DNA from: Marsupella aquatica
Taxonomy: Eukaryota > Plantae > Marchantiophyta
Length of the DNA: 64,000 nt
Assembly: GCA_973895155.1 (NCBI GenBank)
Contig: OZ316891.1
Coordinates: 15,903,037-15,967,036 of the forward strand
Direction of reading: 5' to 3'
A program made the translations under genes and the position numbers. Shown here one piece after another: positions 38,928-52,300 of this stretch (position 1 is the stretch's first letter; the number at the start of each line of letters is the position of its first letter). The notes beneath the pieces were generated by a model. It ran no database searches, was not told the DNA's origin, and saw nothing but the letters and a program-made list of their open reading frames with translations.

Positions 38928-40410
38928 AGTGGTGGACCTTACCACCCAGCGCCCTCACCAATCCCAACACTCACGCCTTTGTGCCCTTGGTGCCCGAACG
39001 CCTCTACGGAATACCTCAAGCAAGCAACCTAGTGCCCCTTGCACCGCCAACGGCCCCTCCCATACGAAGCCGCACTTGCTCTCTAACACGACCGCTACTC
39101 AACGGTCCTCCCTATCTGCACAAGCAACCAAGCACCTCGGTAAGTAACCCTTTAGGATCTAGAACTCGCCAAGTCTAGCATCCTAACTCAAGCTCAATAG
39201 ACGTTGGTAAATAGGTCAGCGATAGGTCCTCTCGATGCCATAAGCCGGAACCAGAGCCCGCGCCCACTGTTCGTCCAAAACAGCTCCTTCCTTGGGCGCG
39301 GCCCGGGTACCCCCTCGTACCTATCCATCACCAACTAACCGTCCTGACCTCAGGACATGCTCATGGCCCAAATAGCGTAGCTTGTCCTAAAGGTTGTCCC
39401 AACACGTCGGGACCAGAACGGCCCCGACTCTAGTAACCGCTCCCGGTTCGCCCCACTGGTGGTCTAGGGGCCGAGCACCCTTGGAACTCAGCCTCCACAC
39501 CTACTTGGCCTTGCCTCCCCAATGCAAGCTCCCTTGGAAGACTGAACACGGCTTGGTTGCTGTTCGGCAAGATTTGGCAAGCGGGCGAGCTAACACCCGC
39601 AAACCACGAGAACCCACGGCACCCTCAGACCCAGATGAGCTCAGGAGGGCGTATCCCTCTTCAAGAGCTTTCCAACGCACCTAAGAAGTCCTCCAACGGA
39701 CTTCCCGTTAGGAAGATATCACCATTTCCATTTGACCGTTTCCCTTAGTGTCGCGACCGCCGCGGCTCACGATTTCGGCTCGCCCTTAGCCCCCAGAGAG
39801 ACACCACTCCCCTCATATATGCTTCTGGAGACCTGCCACCCCCGGACCAACTTTGGTCCCTAAACATTTGGCCCCCAACCCGGATCCCATCGCGCATAAT
39901 GGGCGCGCCACCAACTGGCAACGCCCATAACTTTCTTGATAGGCATCCGCAAGCGGAGTGCCTTAGCTCATTGTGACTGGGCCAACCCAGTGCTCATGCC
40001 TGGGCCCTCAGGTCTGATTGCCGCTCGGGATCCCCGACCGGCCCAACCCGGATTGGGCCACAACTTACGCCCCAAGCGTCCTTTGCCAATGGCGTCAACT
40101 CCATTGGCCTTGGGCCCAAGAGGAGCTCACTCCCAAGCCCTCACAACTCAAAGTCCATCCGGAGGTCCGGACGGCCATCATTGAGCCCGGCCCATTTTCC
40201 CTTGACCCGACCAGCCATAGGCTAGTCCAAGTCCTTAGTGTGTGCCCCCAGCTTGGCTCCTTGCCTCGCTAGACCCACGTCTCATTGCCCACAAGTCTCC
40301 CCATGCTAAGTCCTCCCCTGATGGCCTGTCCGGGCCTGGACCATAAGGGAGCTCGGCGTCGGAGTCAGCGACGCCCGAGCTAAGTGTTAAGGTAGTCGAG
40401 TTCCGTGACT
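38928..40410 (-). mobile_element. Solo LTR with AGT...ACT termini
   Basis: Exact 5-bp TSD GTTTA (38923-38927, 40411-40415). Inverted homolog at 46080-47539. Orientation taken from the PBS at 19929. Confidence 0.85.
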
Positions 40411-40515
40411 GTTTACCTTGGACTCTTTGAGTGAAAGAGTTAATGTTTGTCCAGGTTAGCAGTTTGGTGGTGGGTGTGTAAGTTAGTTACCACCTAAGTT
40501 CTTTACTAGCATCAC

Positions 40516-41006
40516 GAGTAAAGTTACATCATCAATTATCAATCGTTTCCGTCAGTCGACCTGATATCAGTCGCCACATCATCTCAGAGAGGCCGCCAAG
40601 ATGTGGAGCCGAAAAAAAATGCGAAAAAAAAAATTCAATTTTTTTCTCAAAATTTAATGAATAAAAAAAATTGAAATTTTTTTGACTCTGGGTGTCCGTA
40701 CCGTACGGACATCACTTCTCGTCGGGGCCAGGGGATATGGCCAGGCGTCCGTACGGTACGGACACCAAATTTCGTAAACTTTTTTTTTCAATTTTTTTTC
40801 ATTTTGAATTTTTCAAGAAAATAATTTTTAATTTTTTTTCTCATTTTTTTGTCCGTACGCTGATCTCGGCGAGGTCAGCTGAGATTGAGTCAATCTCAGC
40901 TACCTAGCTGAGATGCGTGGAAGTGCAAAGTCATCATCTCAACTGCTCAACTGAGATTCAAAATAATTTCAGCAGAAAAACTGATAATTGATGATCCTCG
41001 CTAGCC
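40516..41006. mobile_element. Mutator-like foldback MITE
   Basis: Flanking direct repeat CTAGCATCAC (40506-40515, 41007-41016). Subterminal IR ATCATCAATTATCA / TGATAATTGATGAT. Internal 20-bp inverted pair at 40691 and 40748. Confidence 0.75.
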
Positions 41007-44000
41007 CTAGCATCACTCAACCAAAAGATGTTATTTTTTGGCACTCTCGGTTGTTACTTGGCCCAGGGTAGAGCATCTCTTCACAGTGTAACACAACTTG
41101 GGCAAAGATCTTTGCAGTGCAAGCATAGTAGCAGTAGAGCATGGTAACATCAATTGCCAAGAGATAGACGGTGCCTAATGTTGGAAACCGTCAGCTCAGA
41201 CTAGACAACAATGCAGAACATGAGGATGCACACAATCTCATACTACACCTACAAGACACCAATGATGGAGAAACTCTTGAAGGATCCATAGCTCATGAGA
41301 AAGAATATGTGAAAAATAAGGGAGAGAATGTTCTTCCTCCAACCTATACCCCCCAAGGGGGACTAAGATGTGTGGGCCCAAATAAGTAGATTTTATCCTA
41401 AACTAACCAAAGGTCAACTAACTCTAGTAAGGCCAAACTAACTAAAGCCAAGAACTTGAGTCAATTCCTAACAATCTCCACCTTGACTCCAGTTCACACA
41501 ATGAGTCAGGTGATAAACAATATGTAACTAAGTAACATATTTACATAGTCTCCGGTTTGGCCCTAACATTAATAATATCCACACAATGACTAAAGCAACT
41601 GGTAGATAAAACTTTGGTAAGCATGTTTGTCGCATTCTCCTCTGAAGCCACCTTCTCCAAAAAAATCTGTTTTGTCTCAATTACCTCATGGATAAAGTGA
41701 TAACGAATATCAACGTGCTTTGTCCTAGCATGAAACACAGGGTTCTTAGCCAGATGCAAAGCACTTTGACTATCACACAACAGCACTGGTCTTTCAGGTG
41801 AAAGACCCATATCATGCATTCACCAATTTTTGTAACTAACCAGATCAGCTCCTTGGTTGTCTCGCAGCCACATACTCAACCTCACCAGTAGACAATGCAA
41901 CACACGATTGAGTTGCCAACTTCCAACTTATACAACCTTCACCCAACATAAACACATAGCCTGAAGTAGACTTTTTGTTATCCAAGTTATCAGCATAATC
42001 TGAATTTGCTTTCCCATCAAATAGAATCCCACAATCTAAGGTATCTTTCAGATACCGCAAAACCCACTTCACTGCTTCCCAGTGAAGTTTACCAGGGTTT
42101 GTCATAAATCTAATCAAAATGCTAACAACGTGGGCAATGTCAGGTCTAGTGCATGTCATTGCATACATCAAACTACCCACAACACTATCATAGGGAACTT
42201 GTTTCATCGCTAGTGTATCACTCTCACTAGAAGGGCAACCATTCTTTGAGAGTTTGAAGTGGGAAGCCAATGGAGTACCAACTGGTTTTGCATTCTTCAT
42301 TCCATACTTGGCAAGTACCTTCTCCAAATATTGCTTTTGAGACAACCATAATTGTCACTGTTTCCTATCACAATGAATCTCCATCCCTAGAATCTTCTTG
42401 GCCTGACCCAAGTCCTTCATTGAAAACTCCTTACTCAACATTGCTCTTAGATGGGAAACATCAAACTTATTCTCATCCAGGATCAGCATGTCATCCACGT
42501 ATAGTGCCAGCACAATGTAACTAAAATATGAGCAATTCTTTACCTCCTTCATGTAAATACAATAATCATGTTTACTCCGCGTGAATCCCTGAGACAACAT
42601 GAAGGAATTTGCTTGTTCCACTATCTGGGACTCTGTTTCAATTTGTATAACGAGTGCAAGAGCTGACATACCAAAATGTTTGGTCTTCTCATCAATAAAA
42701 TCTAGAGGTTGAGTCATATAAACCTCCACATCAAGAAATCCATGCAGGAAAGCATTAATTACTTCCATCTGATCTAACTCAAGATCATAGAATGCCACAA
42801 TTGCAAGTAAAACACAGATAGTAGCGAGTTTGACAACTAGTGAGAAAATCTCTGTGTATTCCAAACCCTCCTTCTCGGTATACCCTTTGGCCACAAGGCA
42901 TGCCTTGTAAGTGCCATCTTGCTTCTTCTTGTACAACCATCTACACATAACCAATGTCTTCCCGCGAGGCATGTCAATTAAGCTCCAAGTTGAATTCTTT
43001 TTCAAAGAATTCATCTCCTTCAACATTGCCTCCATCCACTTATCATTTTCTGGAGAGACCATAGTTTCTTCATAGCTAGACGGGTCTCCATCTTCAGTGA
43101 GCAAAATAAAACCGGGATCATCATTGTGCTCAACTACAAGAACACGAGGATCTGCAAAACTAAATCTATCAGGGGGTTGGCCAAGATTGGCCCTTATGAA
43201 GTGCCTCAATTGAGGAACTGCACCTCTACCAAAGGTTCCAGTAACTTCCTCGGCACCATCAAGCTCCACCATAGTGGGTTCCTCCACCTGCTCCTCCTGA
43301 TTATCCTGGGGTCTTGACAACCATTCTTTGTCAAAAATAACATTTTTACTAACAATTGCCTTGCAATCGATAGGATCCCACAATTTATAGCCCTTCTACC
43401 CAAGACTAAAGCCTAGAAAAATATATTTTTTTAGACTTGGGATCCAATTTAGACCTGTGTCTGCTCAATGTGAACATAGGCAGCACACCCAAAAACTTGG
43501 AGTCTAGAGTAATTTGCAGGTCTCTTATACCACAACTCAAATGGAGTCTACATCAACTTACTATTGTGCGGTGACAGGTTGTAAATGTATGCACCTTGGT
43601 TGATACCATCAACCCAAAAATTATTGGGCACCTTGGACTTATATAGCATGTTGTGTGCTTTCTCTGGTGATGTCCAATTCAACCATTCTACACCTCTATT
43701 TGCTGTGAGGTCTCCGGTACAATGTAATGACGCCTGAGGCCATGGTCCTAACCAAATTGGTCAAACCCATTGGACTTATACTCGCCACCATTATATGACC
43801 AAACACACTTTAACTCCTTCCCAGTTTGTAGCTCCACCATGGCCTTCCACTCCTTGAAGATCTCAAACACTTGAGACTTTTCCTTCATGTAGTACAACCA
43901 ACACATTCGAGAGTAATCATCAATAAATGTCACAAAATATCTTGTTCCATCCAACGACAACTCGGGCACTGGACCCCAAACATCCAAATGTACATACTCA

Positions 44001-44396
44001 AAAATCTTATGAGAATGGTATGAACTGGAACTGAAACTCACTCTCCTTTGCTTGCCGTGGATGCAATCTTCATTGAAAGAGAGTATACCAAATTGAGCGT
44101 CTTGCAACAAATCTCTATTTTTGATGGTTGTCAATCCTTTACCACTCAAGTGCCCCAACCGTGCATGCCACAAATCTATGGCTTCTGTGCGACAGATGTT
44201 GAGGGTGCTTCAATTGAAGTGGTCAAAGATGACTATACGACATATGTCGCCACTGCATCCGAACATTCCACCATAGAATCCACATGCCTCACTCGAGGAG
44301 CAATGACATCTGCTTGCAAGATGTACAAATTATTCTACCATAGCGCGTTAATGAAAGATACATCACCTTTGATGACAAAGAGTGCACCGTCACGTG

Positions 44397-44733
44397 GGGT
44401 ATAACCACCGTGCCAGGAAACAGTAAAAAGGAAACAGCAAACTGTAAACAGTACACAGCAAATGGATGCAAAATTTTGATTTTTTTTGAATTATTTTTTG
44501 GAATTTGTTTTTTGGAATTTGTTTTTTGGTTTGTATTTTTGACATTTTTTTACTAGCGCCCCAAGCTAGTAATAGTAGCGTCTGGCGCTAGCCAAAAATG
44601 ATCGTTTTAAAAAATATTTTGAAATTTTTGAGTTTTAATGAGAAATTTTTTATATTTCATTTTTGCTCGTAACAGTAAAATTTTGCTCATAACAGGAATC
44701 ATTTTCCTGTTTCCTGGCACGGTGTAAAGCCTT
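44397..44733. mobile_element. MITE of the MULE-like family inserted in the copia pol
   Basis: 18-bp perfect subterminal IR CACCGTGCCAGGAAACAG (44406-44423, 44707-44724). 8-bp TSD GTCACGTG. Left end GGGTATAACCACC identical to 47938. Two TAGC-N7-GCTA sites. Confidence 0.88.
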
Positions 44734-46079
44734 GTCACGTGCAATGAAATGAGATCCACCAGCTTCTAGAGCACCCAGGGAACCCAAATTCTTAAAGATG
44801 TCTGGTATGTGCCTCAGTTGTGTTAGTGCTAGCACAACACCATCAAACATCCGGAGTGATAGTCTCCGTGCCAACGATCGCACATCGGACACCATTTCCA
44901 ATTTCCACAGTACCAGTACATTGGAGAAATACAATTGCGTTGGACACACGCAATAAGAGGAACCTGAATCCAACATCCATTTATTGTCATACACACAATT
45001 CACAACACAGATACATAGCACTTCAGTGGTATCCTCATTTTCAGCAATCACAATCCAGCTGATGAGGAGGACGCACCATTGGAAGCAGGATACTTCTCCT
45101 TTGACAAAGAAGGATAATTCCACTTGGTGTGGCCCTTCTCATGGCAATGCCAACACTGAATTTCTTGCTACGGGACTTAGATTTAGATCTACCTTGAGAT
45201 TTGGATCTAGACTGGTCTGTAGTACGCTTTGTTGATCTTCCTCTAACCATTAAGGCAGTAGATTTATCTCCACAATCAAAAAGGTGTTGCTTGCTCCATT
45301 CTACAAGAACGGTAGCCTTCACCATATCCAATTTCAACGTAGTCTTGTCATGTGTGATGACTGTTACCAATGTCAAAAAACTCTTTGGAAGTGACATCAA
45401 CAAACGCATGGCAAGATAGTCATTGGTCAACTTATCTCCCACCGTGGTCACCTCGTGCACAATCTCATCAAAGAGACTCAAATGATCATGCATGTTTCCA
45501 CCATCCTTCCACTTCAACTTGAACAACCACTCCAACTGATAAATATGAGTCAATAGTCAACAAAGTACTCCCGTATGGCTGAGTAAGCATTTCCCAGATC
45601 TTCTTGGCATTCCGATCCATCCCCAACACGTTCTTGAGAATGTTGTTGGCCAAGACCAACTCAATTGTACTACACGCCTGCACCAACATGTCTTCCCACT
45701 CCTCATCTGCTAGAGTCAAGGGCTTCACTCCAGTGACGGTCTTCTCAAGGACCTGCTAAATCAGCACGTTGGTCACCTTCCAAGTCTAGAGGCTAAAGCT
45801 GACTTTCCCGTCAAACTTCTCCACCTCAAAATTTGACGCTGCAAGCTTTTGTGAAGCCATGGATGCTTCCTCAAACACACAGGAAACACAAGTAATAAAC
45901 GACCTCCACTCAAAAATTTACCAAAATTGAGAGTTGGCAAATTTGAGTTCTAAATGCACTAGCGTAACCAATTTTTTCAAACTGACTTTAATAAGAAAGT
46001 TATTGGCAAAAACATTTTTCGGTTTGCTCTTGGTTCAACCCTACTTAGGATCACCCTTGGGGCGAGGTTGCTTCAAGTC

Positions 46080-47539
46080 AGTCGCAGAACTTGACTACCT
46101 TAACACTTAGCTCCGATGTCGCTGACTCCGACGCCAAACTCCCTTATGGTCTAGGCCCAGAGGACTTAGCATGGGACGACTTGTGGGAAATGAGACGTGG
46201 CACTGGCGAAGGCAAAGCGCCAAGCCGGTGGCACACACTAAGGACTTAGGCTAGCTGAGAGCTGGTCGGGTCAAGGGGAAAAAGGTTGACCATCCGGACC
46301 CCCGAATGGACTTTGAGTTCTGAGGGCTTGAGTGTGAGATCCTCTTGGGCCCAAGGCCAATGGAGTTGACGCCACATGTGGGCTACGGATGCTTGGGGCG
46401 TGAGTTATGGCCCAATCTGGGTTTGGCTGATCGGGGACCCCAAGCGGCAATGAGACTTGAGGGCCTAGGCATGAGCATTGGGTCGGCCCGATCACAACGG
46501 GCTAAGGCACTCCACTTGCAGACGTCTAACGAGAAAGTTATGGGCGTTGCCAGTTGGTGGTGCGCCCAGTATGCAAGATAGGGTCCGGGTTGGGGGCCAA
46601 AAGTTTAGGGACCAAAGCTGGTCCAGGGGTGGCAGGTCTCCAGAAGTATATATGAGGGGAGTGGTGTCTCCCTAGGGGCTAAGTGCGAGCCAAAGTCGTG
46701 AGCTGCGGGGGTCACGACACTAAGGGAAAATGCCAAACGGAAACGATGATATCTTCCCAACGGGAAGTCCATTGGAGGACTTCTTGGGTGTGTTGGAAAG
46801 CTCTCATGGAGGGCTAAGTCCTCCTAGATCAGCTAGTTCTGGGGGCACCATGGGTTCTTGAGGTTTGCGGGTGTTATCTCGCCCGCTTGCCAAATCCTGC
46901 CAAAACAGCAGCCAAGCCGCATTCAGTCTCTCAAGGGAGTTGTGTTGGGGAGGCAAGGCCAAGTAGGCATGGAGGTTGAATTCCAAGGGCACTTGGCCCC
47001 TAGACCATCAGCAGGGCGGAAATTGGGAGTTGATTGCTAGAGTCGGGGCCATTCTGGTCCCGGGGCGTTGGGACAACCTTTGGGACAAGCTACGCTTTTG
47101 TGCCATGACATATCCTGGGGTCAGGGCGGTCAGTTGGTGATGGATAGGTATGAGGGGGAACCCGGGCCGCGCCCAAGGAAGGAGTTGTTCTAGACGAATA
47201 GTGGGCGTGGGTTTTGGTTCCGGCTTATGGCGTCGGGAGGACCTATCGTTGACCTATTTACCAATGTCTATTGAGCTTGAGTTAGGATGCTAGACTTGGG
47301 AGTTCTAGATCCTGAAGGGTTACTTACCGAGGTGCTTGGTTGCTTGTGTAGACTGTGAGGATCATTGAGCAGCGGGCGAGTTAGAGAGCAAGTGCGGCTT
47401 TGTATGGGAGGGGCCGCGGGTGGTGCAAGGGACACCAAGGTGCTTTCTCGAGGTATTTCGTGGAGGCATTCGGGCACCAAAGACACTTAGACGTGGGTGT
47501 CGGGATTGGTGAGGGCGTTAGGTGGCAAGGTCCACCACT
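46080..47539 (+). mobile_element. Solo LTR with AGT...ACT termini
   Basis: Reverse-complement homolog of 38928-40410. TSD AAGTC/AGGTC with one mismatch. Confidence 0.82.
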
Positions 47540-48396
47540 AGGTCACTATCAAAAACCCTTTTACCTTAGTTTATTGTTCACTTATGAGGGGCCCACCTAT
47601 TGGCCTTATCAGAGTATAACATGTGCCGCTATGAGCACGGTTGAGGTAGATTCTTAATCCCAATCTTATCACTCAAAAATCCGTGCTTAGTTCTTGACCA
47701 ACCAAAAAATAATTTGATCTACACGATTGATTGCCCGGATCCAACAATCCCCAATTGTATCAAAAAACCACAACATTTGAATGTAGAAATACACAAGAAT
47801 TGTGGCACCGGTTGGAGAAAATCCTCTCCCAAACTTAGCTAACTACAAATTGTAAAGGTTTAACAAGCTATACCTATCTTAATACAACTCAATTTTGGTC
47901 AAAACGACTCGCGACAAGGTGCTCAACCATGGATTTTGGGTATAACCACCATGACAGCAAATAATAAATAGATTTGCTGTTATGAGCAAATTTTTTGCTC
48001 GTACGAGCAAAAATTTACTCATATGAGGAATTCAATTACTCATAGTAGAAAATCTGTTTACTCATACAAGAAACTATTTACTTGTACAAATTTTCTAGGT
48101 TATTCAAAGTTGACAAAAAGGGCTCCATGTTAAAAAACAACAACCATATAAGCGCTCACTGAAATGCTACTCACAATGGGGCCCACCATTCAATGATAAA
48201 TAACAGACAATATAGAGGTCATTATAAGAAGATGCGCTTTATTTCACAGTCAATATATTTGCTATCTGTTGCAAATTTTGGCTAGCGCCTGGCGCTAGCA
48301 ACAGACACTACATATTTTTGGATAAGAAACGGGTACATCTTCTGCTCGGTAGAAAAGACAAATGCCACTTAAAGTTGTTGAACGTCACCAAATTGA

Positions 48397-49350
48397 CTAC
48401 ATGTCCATTTCATTTTGTCGATCAAGAAGGTAACGGACTTCGCCCAATGTCAAAAGTGGTTGACTAGATAGTGTCAAATCGTGAAGACTCAACTTCAACA
48501 TAGTCCTGAATACCCAATATAGATGTTTGCAAGGCATGTAAGGTTTCCTATAAATGTGCCCCCGATAGAAATCCTCACATGAACAGCAAGGGAAACAACA
48601 AATCTGCACCCAATAAGAGGTACAGTCCTCTCATGTTCATGTGTTCTGATACAATACTACTTCCCCCACGCATTCGCACTCGTGACATCTCTCTCACATA
48701 CGAGTCTCATTACTTCTGTTTTGGATGCTTCGATCTTCTTGTAATGTGTTTGAGTTAGATTCACTCTCTGCAAGCACTTCCTTCCATTCTTGGAGCCACA
48801 TCTGAAAATTGGGTCCGCTAAATTGATCCTCTCTTGGAACAAATTCACATCGATGCGTAACTCAGACGGGGATGGCTCTTGACCTTCCCTTATCTCTCCT
48901 GTCCCAATTAGACCTTGTTCTCTCAAGAATTGGATCTCGCCCTCCTGGAGATTGGTCCCTCTCGCAATGGGAAGAACGGGTGGTATATTGGGAATGTTTG
49001 AAACACCTCTTCTTGGCCAAATTTTGTAACATTTGTTGTTTGGGCAAAACCATATCTGGTCTGGATGAGGTTCTCCTCTAAAAAGTCTACATCCTTTTAC
49101 AAATATTGCGACAACTCCTTCTACGCACGTTTAGGATCGTTGTCAATCATTCGTCCATATCGGTACAGCACCACAAAAAACGTTGTATCACGCAAGAAGC
49201 ACGTTGAGGTGCGGGTTCCCCGTGTGTGCATCTTAAACAAACATGGAGAATCATTCTCCTGGCCATTCTGAAACATCCGAGTCCTCATTCTCCGGATCAG
49301 TTTATTCTCGGAGAGTCACTCGTTCGTCTGCGTCAAACTCTTTGTGAAAC
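48397..49350 (-). pseudogene. Cys-rich / SWIM zinc-finger gene (copy 2)
   Basis: IWFCPNNKC and SWIM signature CSCEDF...MPCKHLYWVF (CxC...CxH). Frameshifted; start approximate. Confidence 0.78.
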
Positions 49351-49386
49351 ATTAGTCAGTCGATTCCAAAGCCAAAACAAGGCATC

Positions 49387-52300
49387 ATGGAGTCATACGG
49401 AGATTTTGCGATGGAGGACGGTGGCGAGGGAGTCCTGTCCATGGATGCTGTGATCAAGAAATACGCAATGTCATTTGGAGTCGATTTCAGAGGGGAGAAG
49501 AAAGAGCCGCCGCGTATCCCTCTTTGTCGGCTTGTTCACATGGAAATCGTTCGGACTTTATAGAAAAATAGTGCATCTATCGATAAGCTCAAGGATTCAT
49601 TTCGGAGCTCTGGGTACAACGCTTCAATTGGGATGCGGTTTTACATCCAGCCCACGGATTCAGAAGGAGTCGTTCAATTCTGCACGCCTGAAATTCGGGA
49701 GACATGGGATGCTGTTTGGGTTGCCCAGAATGACTTGTTTGAAGCAGAATGTGCTACTGATCCAGATTTCCACATTTTGAAGGATAAGATGTTCTGTGTT
49801 TTTGACGGGAATCATCGACTCTACTCGTGGACCCAAGTAACAAATGAGAATCCAGACAATATCAAGTACCATCCGCGTGTTCAATGCACTGTTTTTAAGG
49901 GAGATCAGGGTTCTCTAGTTGAGCTTGAAGCGGCTATGCACACGGTGAACCAGTAAGTATTCCTCAAGTTGCATAAACGCTATTGAATTTGGTCGATTGC
50001 GCTTGATTTTTGCAAAGTTAGTTATGGCCAGGCGCTAATATTTGCCATTATACCTTACAGGTTAGGGCAAGCTGTGGTGAAACCATCGTGGATTCTCGAT
50101 GCCGGTAGAATCAATCGGATTTTAACTCATGACTTGGAGGCCTACAAGCCGATCATCGACCCCGGAAGCTTCAAGCGATTTCAAACTGTTCATGCCAAAA
50201 CAAGAAAGGGGTCTTGGTATACCAAGCAGATGCCATTGGAAGCATTGGTTTACATCTTGTGTGAAAACAAGATTAAGTCGTATTCACTTCAATTTAAGCT
50301 TGACTTGGCTGATGCGACAAGTCAAGGTCGCCCGTGGTCATCTGAAGAGACTGGTAAGCGGTATGCTGCCATGATGAAGGAGGCAACGAAGGAGTGGAGC
50401 ATAAAGACATCCAAGATTACCCCCCTGATAAGCCCAGAGTTTGGTGATTTTCTGTCAACTTGTGCAGAAATGTACGTTCTTACGGAGAGGAACAAACGAG
50501 AAAAGAAGCCGGACTCTATAGTATGTACAATGGACCGCGCGCATCTATTCACTGCTGTCTCCTACTTGGATCAACAACTGCGCTGTACTCTTCTTGTTGC
50601 TCACTGTACACCCAAGCTCATAAAACAATTTTACCATCCCCCGAGTGTGAATGATGACCTTGTTAAACAGTGGTGTCATACATGGCACATGTGGAGTTTG
50701 GTGGAAGGAATTGCAATTGCAATGTTACAGACATCTCTTTCGCAAGTCCAGTCGATCCTACCTGCTGATCGTTTGACGCTAGGAGGAGTGGAGACGTTTG
50801 AAGCTTTGGTCTTGAACATCACCAATGATTTCAAGACATACGGTGAAACAGTGAAGGCAAAGTTTTTTAGCACAATTTGGCAGTCCAAGTACGGAGACAA
50901 GGAAGACTATACCATTCGCAACCAGAAGCGAGCCAAGAGATATCTGTATCGCTTCTACATGGCGATGGAGACCAGTTCTCCAAAGTATTTTTGGGCTTAC
51001 CCTCCTGCATTCCAAGAATGGTCCGTTCTAGAGGGGGATGAGTTTAGCAAAGTTTACTCAATGTACCCTGCCGAAGGGGACGTTCCACCATGTGACATTT
51101 CATTGTGGGAGATAACCCACTGTCCATGGTATCTTGACACAGATAAGTGGGACACCCCTTTCGATGAAGCTGAAAAGGATGCATTTCTGAAATTATCAAA
51201 GTCTTTAGTCCCTCGGAAAGTTCTCTCTGAAATGAAACAAGGTTTATCGGAAGATGTAGATGCCTCGGCGAGCAAGCTGTAGAAACATTGCAAAACAGAA
51301 GTTTTGCATGTAGACAGGAGTCGAAAACCCCGGGCGAAAGCAAAAGTAGACACTGGAGTAACCAGCCCATCAACGAGATCCGGGAAGAAACGTGAGATTC
51401 TTCTATTTTTCATTGGCATTCCGTATTTTCCCTTCACCAGTTTGGATATTTAGGTGTCTTTTTGTTTAGCGCCACAGATGTTGGTGTCCATTTATTTCTT
51501 GATTTTTGTGCAGTTTGGTTAGCGCCCGGCGCTGGTGTTATTTTCCATTGGCATTCTGTATTTTCTCTCCACCAGCTTGATTATGTCAGTGACTTTTGAT
51601 GAGCGCTGCAGATCAAGTTGTCTATTTATCGGTTGATTTTGTGGGCAGTTTGGTTAGCGCCCAACGCTGGTGTTATGTGGACCGTAATCTTGGAAACTTT
51701 TGTTTCATTTTCTAGGTGGACGGAAATCGGATGGAGAAGAAACACAAGATGCAAAGACGACAATCACTCCTGGAGTCTCTGAAGCTGATACGGGGGAACA
51801 AGATGTCCCTGATGAACAGACTCCTCCCAACACGGAGAAGATGGTGCGACCTGCAGATGCCACCAGCACGAAGAAAAAGAAATCTTTGGATCATGGATTT
51901 TCCTCTCGGGATTCAGTCGCTTCTATTGGTGTTCAACGAGATGTTGGACAGTTCAAGTCTAAGACTTCTAGGCATGTTTTTGTTGAGTCCAGCGTAATGG
52001 ACTTCTTTGAGAGTGTGTTCATGAAAGAGCATAAACCGGCTTGGGTGTCAAATGTGGAGAAGTGGGTGAAAGACCTAGTCTTGCTTGGTCTAAGGGAGAA
52101 AGGAGTCATAAGAGGAGGGAAGATAAGATCATTTGGAGTTGATGCTGGATTTGTTTACCTCCCAACTGGACTGCGCCCTTCCCTTTTAGAGAAGAAGTCT
52201 CCAAAATGGAATTCCCCAGATCACAGAATTGTTGGTTCATTCTTTCGCGCAATGGACCCCTTTCTAGCAGATGATGGTATATTGGCCATTTTGCATACCG

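Larger units (their letters stand above)
41179..47937 (-). mobile_element. Ty1/copia retrotransposon, decayed; 5' LTR missing
   Basis: gag (about 45040-45860), protease WMLDSGSS, pre-integrase WHARLGH, integrase (VHLDVWGP, FIDDYSR), RT (LVAKGY, LYVDDML), RNase H (CDSQSA, RTKHVDIRYHF). PPT near 41475; putative 3' LTR 41179-41473. Confidence 0.92.

Noticed and set aside
38928-47539. 1.5-kb inverted repeats as TIRs of one giant transposon enclosing the copia
   Set aside because: Each repeat has its own 5-bp TSD, so they are independent solo LTRs in opposite orientation.
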